From NCBI GenBank assembly GCA_037130265.1, contig JBAXTI010000001.1:235086-299085 (forward strand): DNA of 64,000 bases, in the 5' to 3' direction. Made by a program: the position numbers and the translations under genes. A model generated the notes under the pieces. That model was not told where the DNA came from. It did no database searches and saw only the letters and a list, made by a program, of their open reading frames with translations. Shown here piece after piece: positions 37,783 through 47,093 of this stretch (position 1 is its first letter; the number at the start of each line of letters is the position of its first letter). The stretch is from a bacterium (lineage in GTDB: Bacteria; Patescibacteriota; Minisyncoccia; Phycocordibacterales; JBBTRF01).

Positions 37783-39081
37783 ATGCTTGATATTAAATTC
37801 ATCAGGGAGAATACCGAGCTTATACAGCTTGCTGCAAAGCGGAAATCAGTACCATTCGATGTCACTGCATTGATCAGTGTTGATGACAAGCGCCGTGAGC
37901 TCATGACCTCGCTCGAAAAGAAGCGTGCGGAGCAAAACGCGTACAACGAGCGCATTGTGAAGGCTGCGACTTCGGCTGACCCGAATGAACGCGCCACCCT
38001 CATTGCACAGATGAAGACGCTCAAGGACAGCATGCAGGCCGAGGAAGAGGCGCTCAAGGTGGTGATGAAAGAGTGGCAGGCGCTAATGGTACAGGTGCCA
38101 AATATTCCGGATATGTCTGTGCCGGACGGCAACAGTGATGCGGAGAACAAAGAGGTGAAGGCTTGGGGCGAGATTCCAAAGTTTGATTTTGCGCCAAAGA
38201 GCCATATCGAGCTCATGGAGGCGCTCAATCTCTGTGATTTTGACCGCGGTACTAAATTGGCCGGCTTCCGAGGCTATGTTTTGAAGAATGATGCGGTACT
38301 TCTCAATTTTGCTCTCTGGCAATTTGTGCTTGAGATGTATACCAAAAAAGGTTTCTCTCCAGCCATGGTGCCATCACTTGTGAACAAGAATCTGCTCATG
38401 GGCACCGGCTATCTCCCACAGGGTGAGGAGGATTTATACAAAACACAAGACACTACCTATCTCGCAGGCACTGGTGAGGTGGCGGCGATGGGATATCACA
38501 TGGATGAAGTACTCGACAAGTCTCAGCTCCCAGAAAAAACACTCGCTTTTTCTCCGTGTTTCCGACGCGAAGCTGGTGCACATAGCAAAGACACCAAGGG
38601 CGTGAAACGTGTGCATGAATTTTTCAAATTTGAACAAGTGATCCTCTGCGAGGCGAGCCACGAGACTAGCGTCGCACTTCATGAAGAGCTTCTCGCCAAT
38701 GTCGAGGAGATGATGCAGGCGCTCAATATTCCATACCACGTCGTACTCAACTGTGCCGGCGACCTCGGTCTTGGCCAGGTGAAGAAATACGATGTCGAAG
38801 CGTGGGTACCGTCCCAGAAGGCGTGGTGTGAGACACATTCATGTTCATATTTCCATGACTTCCAGACCCGCCGACTCAATATTCGATACAAGGATGCGGA
38901 GGGCAAAATGCGATTTGTGCACTCGCTCAACAACACAGCGCTCGCCAGCCCACGAATCCTCATCCCAATTCTCGAAAACAATCAACAGGCCGACGGATCG
39001 ATCAAGATTCCGCAGGTTCTCCAGAAATATATGGGCGGTCGCACTGTCATTCCTGCCACGCCAGCTAACGGGAATAACTAA
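37783..39081 (+). CDS. serS: serine--tRNA ligase
   Basis: MLDIKFIREN is the typical SerS N-terminus with a coiled-coil arm. Class II motifs are present (FRREAGAHSKDTKGVKRVHEFFKFEQV and GSIKIPQVLQKYMGG at the C-terminus). Confidence 0.9.
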   Translation: MLDIKFIRENTELIQLAAKRKSVPFDVTALISVDDKRRELMTSLEKKRAEQNAYNERIVKAATSADPNERATLIAQMKTLKDSMQAEEEALKVVMKEWQALMVQVPNIPDMSVPDGNSDAENKEVKAWGEIPKFDFAPKSHIELMEALNLCDFDRGTKLAGFRGYVLKNDAVLLNFALWQFVLEMYTKKGFSPAMVPSLVNKNLLMGTGYLPQGEEDLYKTQDTTYLAGTGEVAAMGYHMDEVLDKSQLPEKTLAFSPCFRREAGAHSKDTKGVKRVHEFFKFEQVILCEASHETSVALHEELLANVEEMMQALNIPYHVVLNCAGDLGLGQVKKYDVEAWVPSQKAWCETHSCSYFHDFQTRRLNIRYKDAEGKMRFVHSLNNTALASPRILIPILENNQQADGSIKIPQVLQKYMGGRTVIPATPANGNN

Positions 39082-39956
39082 TGGCGATCGGGCGTTCATC
39101 GAACCTCACCTCACCGCAGTATGCTCGACGGCAACACGAGCAGAAGATTCGCAAGGCAATCGTGGCGAGTGTTTCGTTGCTGATTATTCTCGCGTGCGTG
39201 ATCATCGTCGCTCGGTTGCGTATTTTTCAGATTCAATCGGTCCGGGTGGAGGGGAATTCGGTGACTGCGACGGGCGATGTGCAGGCGAAGGTTGTCGATC
39301 TCACCGCTGGCAATTATCTTTTTGTATTTCCGAAGACCAACGTACTCCTGTATCCAAAGCGAGTCATTCTCACTGCTCTCAAAAAAGAATGGTTCCGCAT
39401 CGATACTGTCTCGGCAGAATTGAATGGTCAGTGGCGAGGCCGGGCTGAACTCACGATACAGATGAGTGAGCGCAAGCCGATGTACGTGTGGTGCGGAAGT
39501 GTACCCCTGGCGGTTGTTTTGCCGGGTTCTGGCAGCGAAGATTGTCTTTATTCCGACGAAACTGGCTATCTCTACGCAACCGCTGCATCCTTTTCAGGGA
39601 CTCCATATGTGAAGCTGTATGGCGGTGTTGCAAACGATCTTTCACCGCTCGGTGCGCATTTTCTCGCTTCTTCGACACCGAATGCATTTGGCAGCGCTCT
39701 CTCTTTTGTCTCCGCGATTGGTGGTGTGGAATTCTTCGGTGCTTCGTTTAAGCCGATGGCCCTCATCGCCAAAGAGAACAATGAGTTTGAAGTGGTGGCT
39801 GCCGGCGGTACGCGCATTTTCTTCACCCTGAATCAAGATATCCAACGTTCCATCGAGGCGTTTCGCCGAGTGGTTGATTCAGAACATCTCATCACTGTAC
39901 CCGTGGAGTATATTGATCTGCGCTATGGGAACAAGGTGTATTACAAAAACCGCTAG
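39081..39956 (+). CDS. FtsQ/DivIB-like cell-division protein (POTRA-containing)
   Basis: A single TM segment (IVASVSLLIILACVIIVA) is followed by a POTRA-like pattern IQSVRVEGNSVTATGDVQAKVVDL...LLYPKRVILTAL...IDTVSAELNGQWRGRAELTIQMSERKP. Confidence 0.45.
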   Translation: MAIGRSSNLTSPQYARRQHEQKIRKAIVASVSLLIILACVIIVARLRIFQIQSVRVEGNSVTATGDVQAKVVDLTAGNYLFVFPKTNVLLYPKRVILTALKKEWFRIDTVSAELNGQWRGRAELTIQMSERKPMYVWCGSVPLAVVLPGSGSEDCLYSDETGYLYATAASFSGTPYVKLYGGVANDLSPLGAHFLASSTPNAFGSALSFVSAIGGVEFFGASFKPMALIAKENNEFEVVAAGGTRIFFTLNQDIQRSIEAFRRVVDSEHLITVPVEYIDLRYGNKVYYKNR

Positions 39957-39974
39957 CTGCGGTATACTATTGAG

Positions 39975-40364
39975 GTGAAAGCTCTGACTCTCTCGTGGCA
40001 GTATTTGCGATGGCACTACTCTCGGGCATTTGCCGAAATGTTCCGCATCATTGGGCGGGCATATTGGTTCGAGTATCACTTTTTTTCAGTCGGGATTCTG
40101 TTGAGGTCGTTTTTTGAGCCTTGGAAGCGTCTTGGCGAGGAAAAGGGAGAAACATTCAAGCTCGATGAGTGGCTACAGGCGACAGTGATCAATACATTGA
40201 TGCGACTCATCGGCATGTCACTACGCGCAGTCATTCTCATTTTTGCGCTGATCGTATGTGTGGTCACGACGGTGGTCGTGGCTTTGTTTGTGGCGATGTG
40301 GTGCTTGCTGCCGTTTATTATTCTCGCGCTGATCGTGAGAGGGATTCAGTTGGCGATTCAGTAG
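39975..40364 (+). CDS. hypothetical small membrane protein
   Basis: Three predicted TM segments. It lies directly upstream of the Clp-like ATPase gene. Confidence 0.35.
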   Translation: MKALTLSWQYLRWHYSRAFAEMFRIIGRAYWFEYHFFSVGILLRSFFEPWKRLGEEKGETFKLDEWLQATVINTLMRLIGMSLRAVILIFALIVCVVTTVVVALFVAMWCLLPFIILALIVRGIQLAIQ

Positions 40365-40383
40365 TGTGTATTTTTAATATGTA

Positions 40384-42834
40384 TTGACCATGGACTCCTC
40401 ACTCATCCAAAAAAAGATTCAAGCATTCCAACCGGCCTTGGCACTCGATGCTTTGGTTGGTTCAGCAAAGCGCCGGACGACGCGTCAGGTCTGGGCGACC
40501 GTGTTCGTGTCGCTTTTGGCGGTGGTGCTCGCCGGAAAGGGGGGCAATCTTGCGCTCGGACTTTTCTGCATTTCCTTTGCAATCGTGTTGAAGGTGTATG
40601 CGATCGAATTTTTCTTCAATTCATATGCGCATAGTCGTGATGCCGACTCTTCGTACATGCTCGCTTCGATGCTGTATCGCTGTACGACATTGCATCCGAC
40701 TGCTGTGTTTATCCTTTCGCCTTTTGGCCGCTGGACATTGAATCGGTGTGGTGTCGGCCGCCTCCCAGCACAGGCATTTTTGACACAAATGACCCATTCG
40801 GCGCAGCCGTTGCCATTGGACCTTTCGGAGGTGCGCACGTTTGCGCAGTTTGTTGAAGAATTGCTCCATGTTGATACGGCGTTTGCACAGTTTTTGCGAG
40901 AATCTGGGGTGGAGAAGAGTGCGTGTATCGGCGCGGCGGAGTGGTGTGAGATTCGCGAGAAGGCTCGTATTGCACAGGCGCGCTGGTGGAGTCATGAAAG
41001 TCTCGCGCGTATTCCGGGATTGGCGAAAGATTGGGCGTATGGCAAAACATATCATTTGGATCGTTTTGGCCGGGATGTGATTGTTGATGCACGTCGACAT
41101 TCGGCTTTGTCGTCTCCTGCGGCTTCGACATTGAGCCTGAATCCTGAATCGTCTTTCCGCCGTGCCGAAATGGTGGCGGTGGAGAAGGTCTTGGTACGAG
41201 ATGGTGCGGGCAGTGCTCTGTTGGTGGGCGACAAGGCGAATGGGGTAATGGATGTGATTCATGGAATCGCCCGGATGATTGATCTCGGTATTGCATACCC
41301 AGAAATCGAGCACAAGCGTTTGATTCGTCTTGATACCCCTTCGATCATGGCGTCGGTGAAGGATCGTGGTTCTTGCGAGGCGTTACTCATTTCTATTTTC
41401 AATGAAGTGGTGAAGGCGGGGAATGTGATTGTGGTGATCGATGAGTTTGCGCTGTTTGTACGCGACACTGCCGCCCTCGGAATCGAAGTACAGTCGCTCC
41501 TTGCCCCGTATCTGTCCTCGGGCGGCGTCCAGCTCATCGCGGTCTCCGACGTGCATTCGTTCCATCAGGTGTTGGAGCCAAAAGCTGAGCTTATGCGATT
41601 TTTTGAAAAGATTCTCCTTGCGCCGATCGACTCCCGTGTGCTTGTGGAGCTGTTGGAGTCGGAAATCGAGCGTGTGGAGCGTCGCAACGGTGTTTTCTTC
41701 ACCTTTCCGGCCATGAAGGAGGTGGTGGAAAGTGCAGAGCGGTATTTTTCACAGGGTTCAAGTATCGACAAGGCACATGACCTCATTGCCGAGATTGCGC
41801 CTTTTGTGCGCGGGCAGAAGCGCAATGTGGTGGAGCGGGCAGATGTGCTCAGTGTGGTGAGCACCAAGACAGGTATTCCACTTGGCGAAGCGTCGGCGGG
41901 CGAGAAGGATGTACTTTTGAAACTTGAAAGTATCTTGCATCAGCGGATTGTTGGGCAGGCGGCGGGTATTCAAGCGATCAGCAACGCAATGCGACGTGCG
42001 CGTTCCGGCGTGAACAATCCAAAGCGTCCGATGGGCTCCTTCCTCTTTATCGGACCAACGGGTGTGGGTAAGACGGAGATGACGAAGGCTCTGGCGAGTG
42101 TATTTTTTGGCAGCGAAGATCGGATCATGCGTTTCGATATGTCGGAATATCGCACGCCGGATGCGCTTGAGCGACTCATCGGCTCGGCGAGTGGTGGGGC
42201 GCCTGGCTTGTTGGCTTCACATTTGCGCGACCAACAATATGGCGTGCTTTTGCTCGATGAATTCGAGAAAACAAACTCCACCGTGCACGATCTGTTTTTG
42301 CAGATCTTGGACGAAGGTTTTTTCACTGATGCGAGTGGTGAGCGGGTGAATGCGCGAAACACTATTATTATTGCGACCTCGAATGCGGGGAGTGATGTGA
42401 TTTGGAAGTTGCTCGGCAATATGAGCGGCAGTGCGGCGGGTGCCAGTGTTGGTGGCGCGACGGGCACATCGATCGCAGATAAAAAATCTGAGATTATCGA
42501 CTCGATCGTTGAGCGCGCAATTTTCAAACCGGAATTGTTGAATCGTTTTGATGATGTGGTGTTGTTCCAGCCGCTTTCGCCGAACGACATGGAGAAGGTC
42601 GGGCGACTCATGTTGGCAAAGCTGAACAAGCGCCTCGATGAAAAGGGGGTGAGTGTCGAAGTTACCGACGAATTGGTGGCGTATTTGGTGAAGGAGGGGT
42701 GTGACCAGAAGTTTGGGGCACGAGCGATGAATCGAGCCATTCAGGAGAAGGTGGAGCAGGCCGTGGCGAAGGCACTTTTGAAAGGTGAGGCAAAACCTGG
42801 TACAGTGCTGCACATCCGACCGGAGGAGCTGTAG
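40384..42834 (+). CDS. membrane-anchored Clp/Hsp100-family ATPase with degenerate D1 and intact D2
   Basis: About 100 N-terminal aa contain two hydrophobic helices. A D1-like region follows with Walker A replaced (LLVGDKANGVMDVIHGIARMI where ClpA/B has LIGEPGVGKTAIxEGLA), although IVVIDEF and PDKAIDL-like elements (IDKAHDLIAE) are retained. A canonical D2 follows ([77 protein letters not shown], sensor GARAMNR). Confidence 0.7.
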   Translation: MTMDSSLIQKKIQAFQPALALDALVGSAKRRTTRQVWATVFVSLLAVVLAGKGGNLALGLFCISFAIVLKVYAIEFFFNSYAHSRDADSSYMLASMLYRCTTLHPTAVFILSPFGRWTLNRCGVGRLPAQAFLTQMTHSAQPLPLDLSEVRTFAQFVEELLHVDTAFAQFLRESGVEKSACIGAAEWCEIREKARIAQARWWSHESLARIPGLAKDWAYGKTYHLDRFGRDVIVDARRHSALSSPAASTLSLNPESSFRRAEMVAVEKVLVRDGAGSALLVGDKANGVMDVIHGIARMIDLGIAYPEIEHKRLIRLDTPSIMASVKDRGSCEALLISIFNEVVKAGNVIVVIDEFALFVRDTAALGIEVQSLLAPYLSSGGVQLIAVSDVHSFHQVLEPKAELMRFFEKILLAPIDSRVLVELLESEIERVERRNGVFFTFPAMKEVVESAERYFSQGSSIDKAHDLIAEIAPFVRGQKRNVVERADVLSVVSTKTGIPLGEASAGEKDVLLKLESILHQRIVGQAAGIQAISNAMRRARSGVNNPKRPMGSFLFIGPTGVGKTEMTKALASVFFGSEDRIMRFDMSEYRTPDALERLIGSASGGAPGLLASHLRDQQYGVLLLDEFEKTNSTVHDLFLQILDEGFFTDASGERVNARNTIIIATSNAGSDVIWKLLGNMSGSAAGASVGGATGTSIADKKSEIIDSIVERAIFKPELLNRFDDVVLFQPLSPNDMEKVGRLMLAKLNKRLDEKGVSVEVTDELVAYLVKEGCDQKFGARAMNRAIQEKVEQAVAKALLKGEAKPGTVLHIRPEEL

Positions 42835-44154
42835 GTGGGGGAGGGGCCAATCTGGTACGTGGCGATTTATATGAATTTTTTTCAGAAAACACGAGACATA
42901 TTTAGCGATACTTTTGGCCACCTTTTTTCTGCTGATGTAGAGCGGGGGGATTTGTGGTATCGATTGAAGCAGGCGAAAGCGGGTCTGGAGGCTGGCAAGG
43001 CGGGTGAGAAGCCGGCCGAGCCAATTTTCGTGTTGGCACCGATGGCAGATGTGACCGATGCGGCGTTCCGAAAGATTATTGCGAAGTACAGCCGGATGGG
43101 CGCGCGAGCGCAGGGGGCGCCGGATGAGCGGGTGGCTGGCGGCCCGGACGCAATGTGGACGGAATTTGTGTCGGCGGACGGACTCGCTCGCGCGCCCAAA
43201 ATCGGCCGAGACAAATTGTTGCGAGATTTGTTGTATAGCGAAGGGGAGCGGCCGATCATCGCACAGTTTTTCACTTCGAATCCGGCTCATATGGAGCTGG
43301 CCGCTGAACTCGCGGTGGAGATGGGGTTTGATGGGATCGATATTAATATGGGCTGTCCGGACAAAAGTATTGAGAAGCAGGGGGCGGGGGCGTCGATGAT
43401 CAAAAGTCCACGAGTTGCGCGCCGAGTACTTCGAGCGGCTCTGCGCGGTGCTGCGAATGGTGCAAAGAAGTACGGCAAGCCCGTCCCGGCAGTCTCCGTG
43501 AAGACGCGTATTGGGTATGGAAAAAACGAATTGGCGACATGGTTGCCGGCATTGCTCGCGGAGCGTCCCGCATTGATTACTGTCCATGCTCGTAATCGCA
43601 AAGAACTTTCTTTGGTACCAGCGCGTTGGGAACATGTGCGCGAAGCGGTGGAGATCCGGGATCGAGTGCAAGCGAATTTGCCGATCGAAAAGCGCACGCT
43701 CATTTTTGGTAATGGTGATGCACGAAATCTTGCTGATGCTCGAGAAAAAGCGCGCATGAGTGGTGCTGATGGGGTGATGCTTGGCCGTGCCATCTTCGGC
43801 AACCCATGGCTTTTCGACGAAAGCGCCTATATGCATGTGGATACGAATGCTGGTGGCAAGGGTGTTGATGCGGCGAGCGGGCACGCAATTGGTTTTGGTG
43901 GGGCGGTGTTGGGCGTTGATCATTTTTATAACAAAGCTCAGATCGAAGAACGCCTCCGAGTGATGGTGGAGCATACGGAACTCTTTGAAAAACTGCTTGG
44001 TGACCTAAAGAACTTCTCGATTATGAAGAAGCATTACAAGGCGTATGTGCATGGTTGGGAAGGGGCGAAGGAGCTGCGTGCACTGCTCATGCAGACCAAC
44101 TCAGCAGGGGAGGCGAAGGGGGTTGTGGACAACTATTTGACTAAAACAAGCTAG
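42835..44154 (+). CDS. dus: tRNA-dihydrouridine synthase (Dus family) with an N-terminal extension
   Basis: VLAPMADVTDAAFRKI, GFDGIDINMGCPDKSIEKQGAGASMI (catalytic Cys) and VSVKTRIGY. Confidence 0.8.
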   Translation: MGEGPIWYVAIYMNFFQKTRDIFSDTFGHLFSADVERGDLWYRLKQAKAGLEAGKAGEKPAEPIFVLAPMADVTDAAFRKIIAKYSRMGARAQGAPDERVAGGPDAMWTEFVSADGLARAPKIGRDKLLRDLLYSEGERPIIAQFFTSNPAHMELAAELAVEMGFDGIDINMGCPDKSIEKQGAGASMIKSPRVARRVLRAALRGAANGAKKYGKPVPAVSVKTRIGYGKNELATWLPALLAERPALITVHARNRKELSLVPARWEHVREAVEIRDRVQANLPIEKRTLIFGNGDARNLADAREKARMSGADGVMLGRAIFGNPWLFDESAYMHVDTNAGGKGVDAASGHAIGFGGAVLGVDHFYNKAQIEERLRVMVEHTELFEKLLGDLKNFSIMKKHYKAYVHGWEGAKELRALLMQTNSAGEAKGVVDNYLTKTS

Positions 44155-44722
44155 CGTGCTATAATAGCAAATAGATGTTGAGTGGGATTGCAATGGATTG
44201 CGCGCAAGCAATATGTCCTATGGCCCAGCTCACTTCCACGGTGGCAAATCCTCGCAAGAGGGAATTCGTGTGCAAAATGAATTATTTCGCTGCCGTAGCC
44301 CTTTCCCGCCACCCCTCTCCGCACTGTAGTGCTCGGGGTGGCGGTTTTCTTTTGTGAAAAATTACACACTTGAGTTGGCTTTATTAAAAAACAGGTATAC
44401 AATTATCTAGGGTTGAGGTCATAACAATTCAGTCGATTGAGCGCGACCAGCTCACAAAAAAGATCGATTGATACAAGACGGAAGGAACCAAACAATGCGA
44501 CCACATACGATAGTCATCGCAACGGGAGTCGAAGCAAGTGCGTGCCATCAAGAGTGCAACGCCGGTGCTCGCGGCTCGTCTTTCCTTGTTCATGAACTCG
44601 TCTGCGCCTCTGGTGGGCGCTAAAGGAGGTGATCATTCATCTCGAGGGCGGCCAGGCTCGTTTGCTGGTTTAGCGTAATGCTGACACTCAAGTGAGTGCG
44701 TCCTCGTCACTTTTTTGGTTGT

Positions 44723-44752
44723 GGTTTCGGTTTGGTTTGGTTTGGTTTGGTT
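44723..44752. repeat. simple tandem repeat (GGTTT/GGTTTC)x6
   Basis: ggtttcggtttggtttggtttggtttggtt lies inside the 750-nt noncoding region upstream of dnaX. Confidence 0.8.
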
Positions 44753-44906
44753 ACGGTCTCGGTTCTGTGTTGGTTTGTGTTTCGCGAAGACTGTTTGCTT
44801 CGCGTTCTGGTGGTTAGCGGGTCCGGTTGAAGGGAGCGACACCTTCAGCCGGGCCTTTTTTGTTTGCCAATTATTTCTTCCTGTCTTTTTCTGCTATACT
44901 TTCCGC

Positions 44907-46124
44907 ATGAAAGCCGAGGAAAAGAGCAAGAAAGGGGCCGACGGAGCAGCCGGGACGATGGCTGTCAAGGAGGTGAGCGCAGCCCGCACCGCTTCCCACA
45001 GCGCTTTGTACCGCAAATACCGCCCTGCGAGCTTTGCCGACGTGCTTGGACAGGAGCAGGTGGTGAAGGCGCTCGAGGGGGCGATTGGTGCCGGTAAAAA
45101 TACCGCGGGCAAAAGCGGCACTTCGACCACCGGCCGGCCGAACATTTCCCACGCCTACCTCTTCTCCGGCTCACGTGGCACGGGCAAGACCTCAGTGGCA
45201 CGCATTTTTGCACAGGCAATCGGTACGTCGGCCAATGACCTCTACGAGATCGATGCGGCATCGAATCGTGGCATCGACGATGTGCGCGAGCTTCGCGAGG
45301 CGGTGAACACATTGCCTTTTGAGTCGCCATACAAGGTGTACATCATCGACGAGGTGCACATGCTCACCAAGGAGGCCTTCAACGCGCTCTTGAAGACGCT
45401 TGAGGAGCCGCCTGCGCATGTTGTGTTTATTTTGGCGACGACGGATCCGGAAAAGCTTCCGCAGACGGTGGTGTCGCGCTGTCAGACGTTTGTGTTCAAG
45501 AAACCGGGGACGGAGCTACTCAAGGAGAGTGTGTTGCGTGTGTCGAAAGCAGAAGGATTCAAGGTTGCAGATGAGGCCGCTGAGCTCATCGCCTTGCTTG
45601 GCGACGGATCGTATCGCGACACGCTCGGTGCGCTTCAGAAGGTGCTGGGGGCGGTGGGGGGAGGTGAGGCCGGTAGCGCGAAGGGTGCAAAAAGTAGCGG
45701 TGCGACGGAGGTGACCCTCGAAGACGTCGAGCGCGTCACTTCGGCGCCGCGTTCGAAGCTGGTGCAAGACTTCATTCTCGGTCTTGGCGAGGGGTCGGCG
45801 GGCGGTGCTGAAAAAGCGTTGGCGGTGATCCGACAGACGCAGGAGCACGGTGTCGACATGCGTGTGTTTGTGACGATGGTGTTGCAGAAAGTCCGCTTCA
45901 TCTTGCTCATGCGTATGTCGGCAGAAATGGAGAAGATTGCAAAGGAGCAATTTTCCGAGGCGGAATTTGTGTTTCTGAAGAAATGTGCGGGGGATGGTTC
46001 CGGCACAAAGATTAATTCAAAAGTGGTGCTCGAATTGCTTGCCGCACTTGAGCAGACAGGCAGTTCGCCGATTCCGCAATTGCCGCTCGAGCTTGCGGTT
46101 TTGCGGTTGACCCAAGAGAAATAA
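44907..46124 (+). CDS. dnaX: DNA polymerase III subunit gamma/tau (short form)
   Basis: YRKYRPASFADVLGQEQV, Walker A HAYLFSGSRGTGKTSVARIFA, YKVYIIDEVHML, and EEPPAHVVFILATTDPEKLPQTVVSRCQ. The start is placed at the ATG at 44907 (MKAEEKSKK). The upstream in-frame extension is hydrophobic and low-complexity and is unlikely to be real. Confidence 0.85.
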   Translation: MKAEEKSKKGADGAAGTMAVKEVSAARTASHSALYRKYRPASFADVLGQEQVVKALEGAIGAGKNTAGKSGTSTTGRPNISHAYLFSGSRGTGKTSVARIFAQAIGTSANDLYEIDAASNRGIDDVRELREAVNTLPFESPYKVYIIDEVHMLTKEAFNALLKTLEEPPAHVVFILATTDPEKLPQTVVSRCQTFVFKKPGTELLKESVLRVSKAEGFKVADEAAELIALLGDGSYRDTLGALQKVLGAVGGGEAGSAKGAKSSGATEVTLEDVERVTSAPRSKLVQDFILGLGEGSAGGAEKALAVIRQTQEHGVDMRVFVTMVLQKVRFILLMRMSAEMEKIAKEQFSEAEFVFLKKCAGDGSGTKINSKVVLELLAALEQTGSSPIPQLPLELAVLRLTQEK

Positions 46125-46143
46125 TTTTTGATATAATTGACGA

Positions 46144-46854
46144 ATGCACAATGCGGCATCGTATCCTCTGTTCAAGACGAGGGCCGTGCAGCTTCGTCTG
46201 GAAGGAAAAACATATAGTGAAATCCTAGAGGCTGTGCCTGTGGCAAGGTCGACACTTTCGCTTTGGCTAAGAGGCACTTCTTTGGCGGAACCGCAGAAGC
46301 AAAGATATACCGAAAAGAAGCGCCTAGCCGCTTTGAGAGGCGGACAAAAAAGAAAGCAGGACCGGATCGATATCACCAAGACTATTTTTGAAAAGTGCCG
46401 CAGCGATATTTCCATGATCACGACGAGAGAGCTATGGCTCATCGGGATTTCGCTGTATTGGGCAGAAGGGTCGAAGCAAAAAGAGTACAATCCCGGCTCA
46501 GGTACATATTTTTCTAATACTGATTTGAGAATGTTGCAAGTATTTGTCGCTTGGTTGGAGCGATGCGTTGGTATCCAATCTGAGGATATTTCTTACGACC
46601 TTTTCTTACACGAGACTGCGCGGAAAAAGTTGCTCGAAGTCGAAACGTATTGGAGAAGCGGACTGAATATTACGCGAGATCAGCAGTTCAGTGTGTATTG
46701 GAAACGGACTCAGATACGGACGAGCAGGCGCAACATTGGCGACTTGTATTATGGGTGTCTTCGGGTTAAAGTAAGGGCGAGTTCGTCGTTGAATCGAGCA
46801 CTTGCCGGCTGGGCTGATGCGATTACTGGTGCTGTCTGTTGTCACGAGATATAG
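46144..46854 (+). CDS. HTH plus LAGLIDADG-like (single degenerate motif) endonuclease-like protein
   Basis: The N-terminal HTH is TYSEILEAVPVARSTLSLWLRG. WLIGISLYWAEGSK resembles a LAGLIDADG helix, with Glu at the acidic position. It is paralogous to the 30358-31019 pseudogene. The stop at 46854 is 14 nt before tRNA-Gln. Confidence 0.55.
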   Translation: MHNAASYPLFKTRAVQLRLEGKTYSEILEAVPVARSTLSLWLRGTSLAEPQKQRYTEKKRLAALRGGQKRKQDRIDITKTIFEKCRSDISMITTRELWLIGISLYWAEGSKQKEYNPGSGTYFSNTDLRMLQVFVAWLERCVGIQSEDISYDLFLHETARKKLLEVETYWRSGLNITRDQQFSVYWKRTQIRTSRRNIGDLYYGCLRVKVRASSSLNRALAGWADAITGAVCCHEI

Positions 46855-46868
46855 TGTTTCCAATTTTT

Positions 46869-46939
46869 TGGGGGATCGTCTAATGGTAGGACATCAGGTT
46901 TTGGTCCTGAGTATCGGGGTTCGAGTCCCTGTCCCCCAG
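46869..46939 (+). tRNA. tRNA-Gln (anticodon TTG)
   Basis: TGGGGGATCGTCTAATGGTAGGACATCAGGTTTTGGTCCTGAGTATCGGGGTTCGAGTCCCTGTCCCCCAG. U1-A72 and G73 match the bacterial Gln identity set. Anticodon loop TTTTGGT. Confidence 0.85.
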
Positions 46940-47024
46940 CAGTCTAGTTTAGTTCTGAACGACCAAGAGGGGTCAGAACAAACAGATATCTATACCGTCA
47001 TCGCATACCTGCTGAGAGCAGTAT

Positions 47025-47052
47025 TCAAGACAAAAAATCACCGATACAAGTC
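47025..47052 (+). terminator. rho-independent terminator downstream of tRNA-Gln
   Basis: aatcaccgatacaagtcggtgatt followed by ttttg. Confidence 0.65.
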
Positions 47053-47093
47053 GGTGATTTTTTGTTAAGATAAGATGGATTAATTGATTATGT

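Noticed and set aside
42217-43974. 585-aa minus-strand ORF
   Set aside because: It lies entirely antisense to two well-supported plus-strand genes (the Clp-like ATPase D2 region and the Dus family synthase). The translation is low-complexity and His/Arg/Leu-rich with no motifs. It is the typical shadow ORF of a GC-rich coding region.
44400-44700. SRP RNA call
   Set aside because: The genomic position upstream of dnaX is suggestive, but I could not find the conserved helix-8 sequence and pairing (GGAA tetraloop context with AGCAGCC/AAGGCAG) by eye. It stays a hypothesis only and is not a feature.
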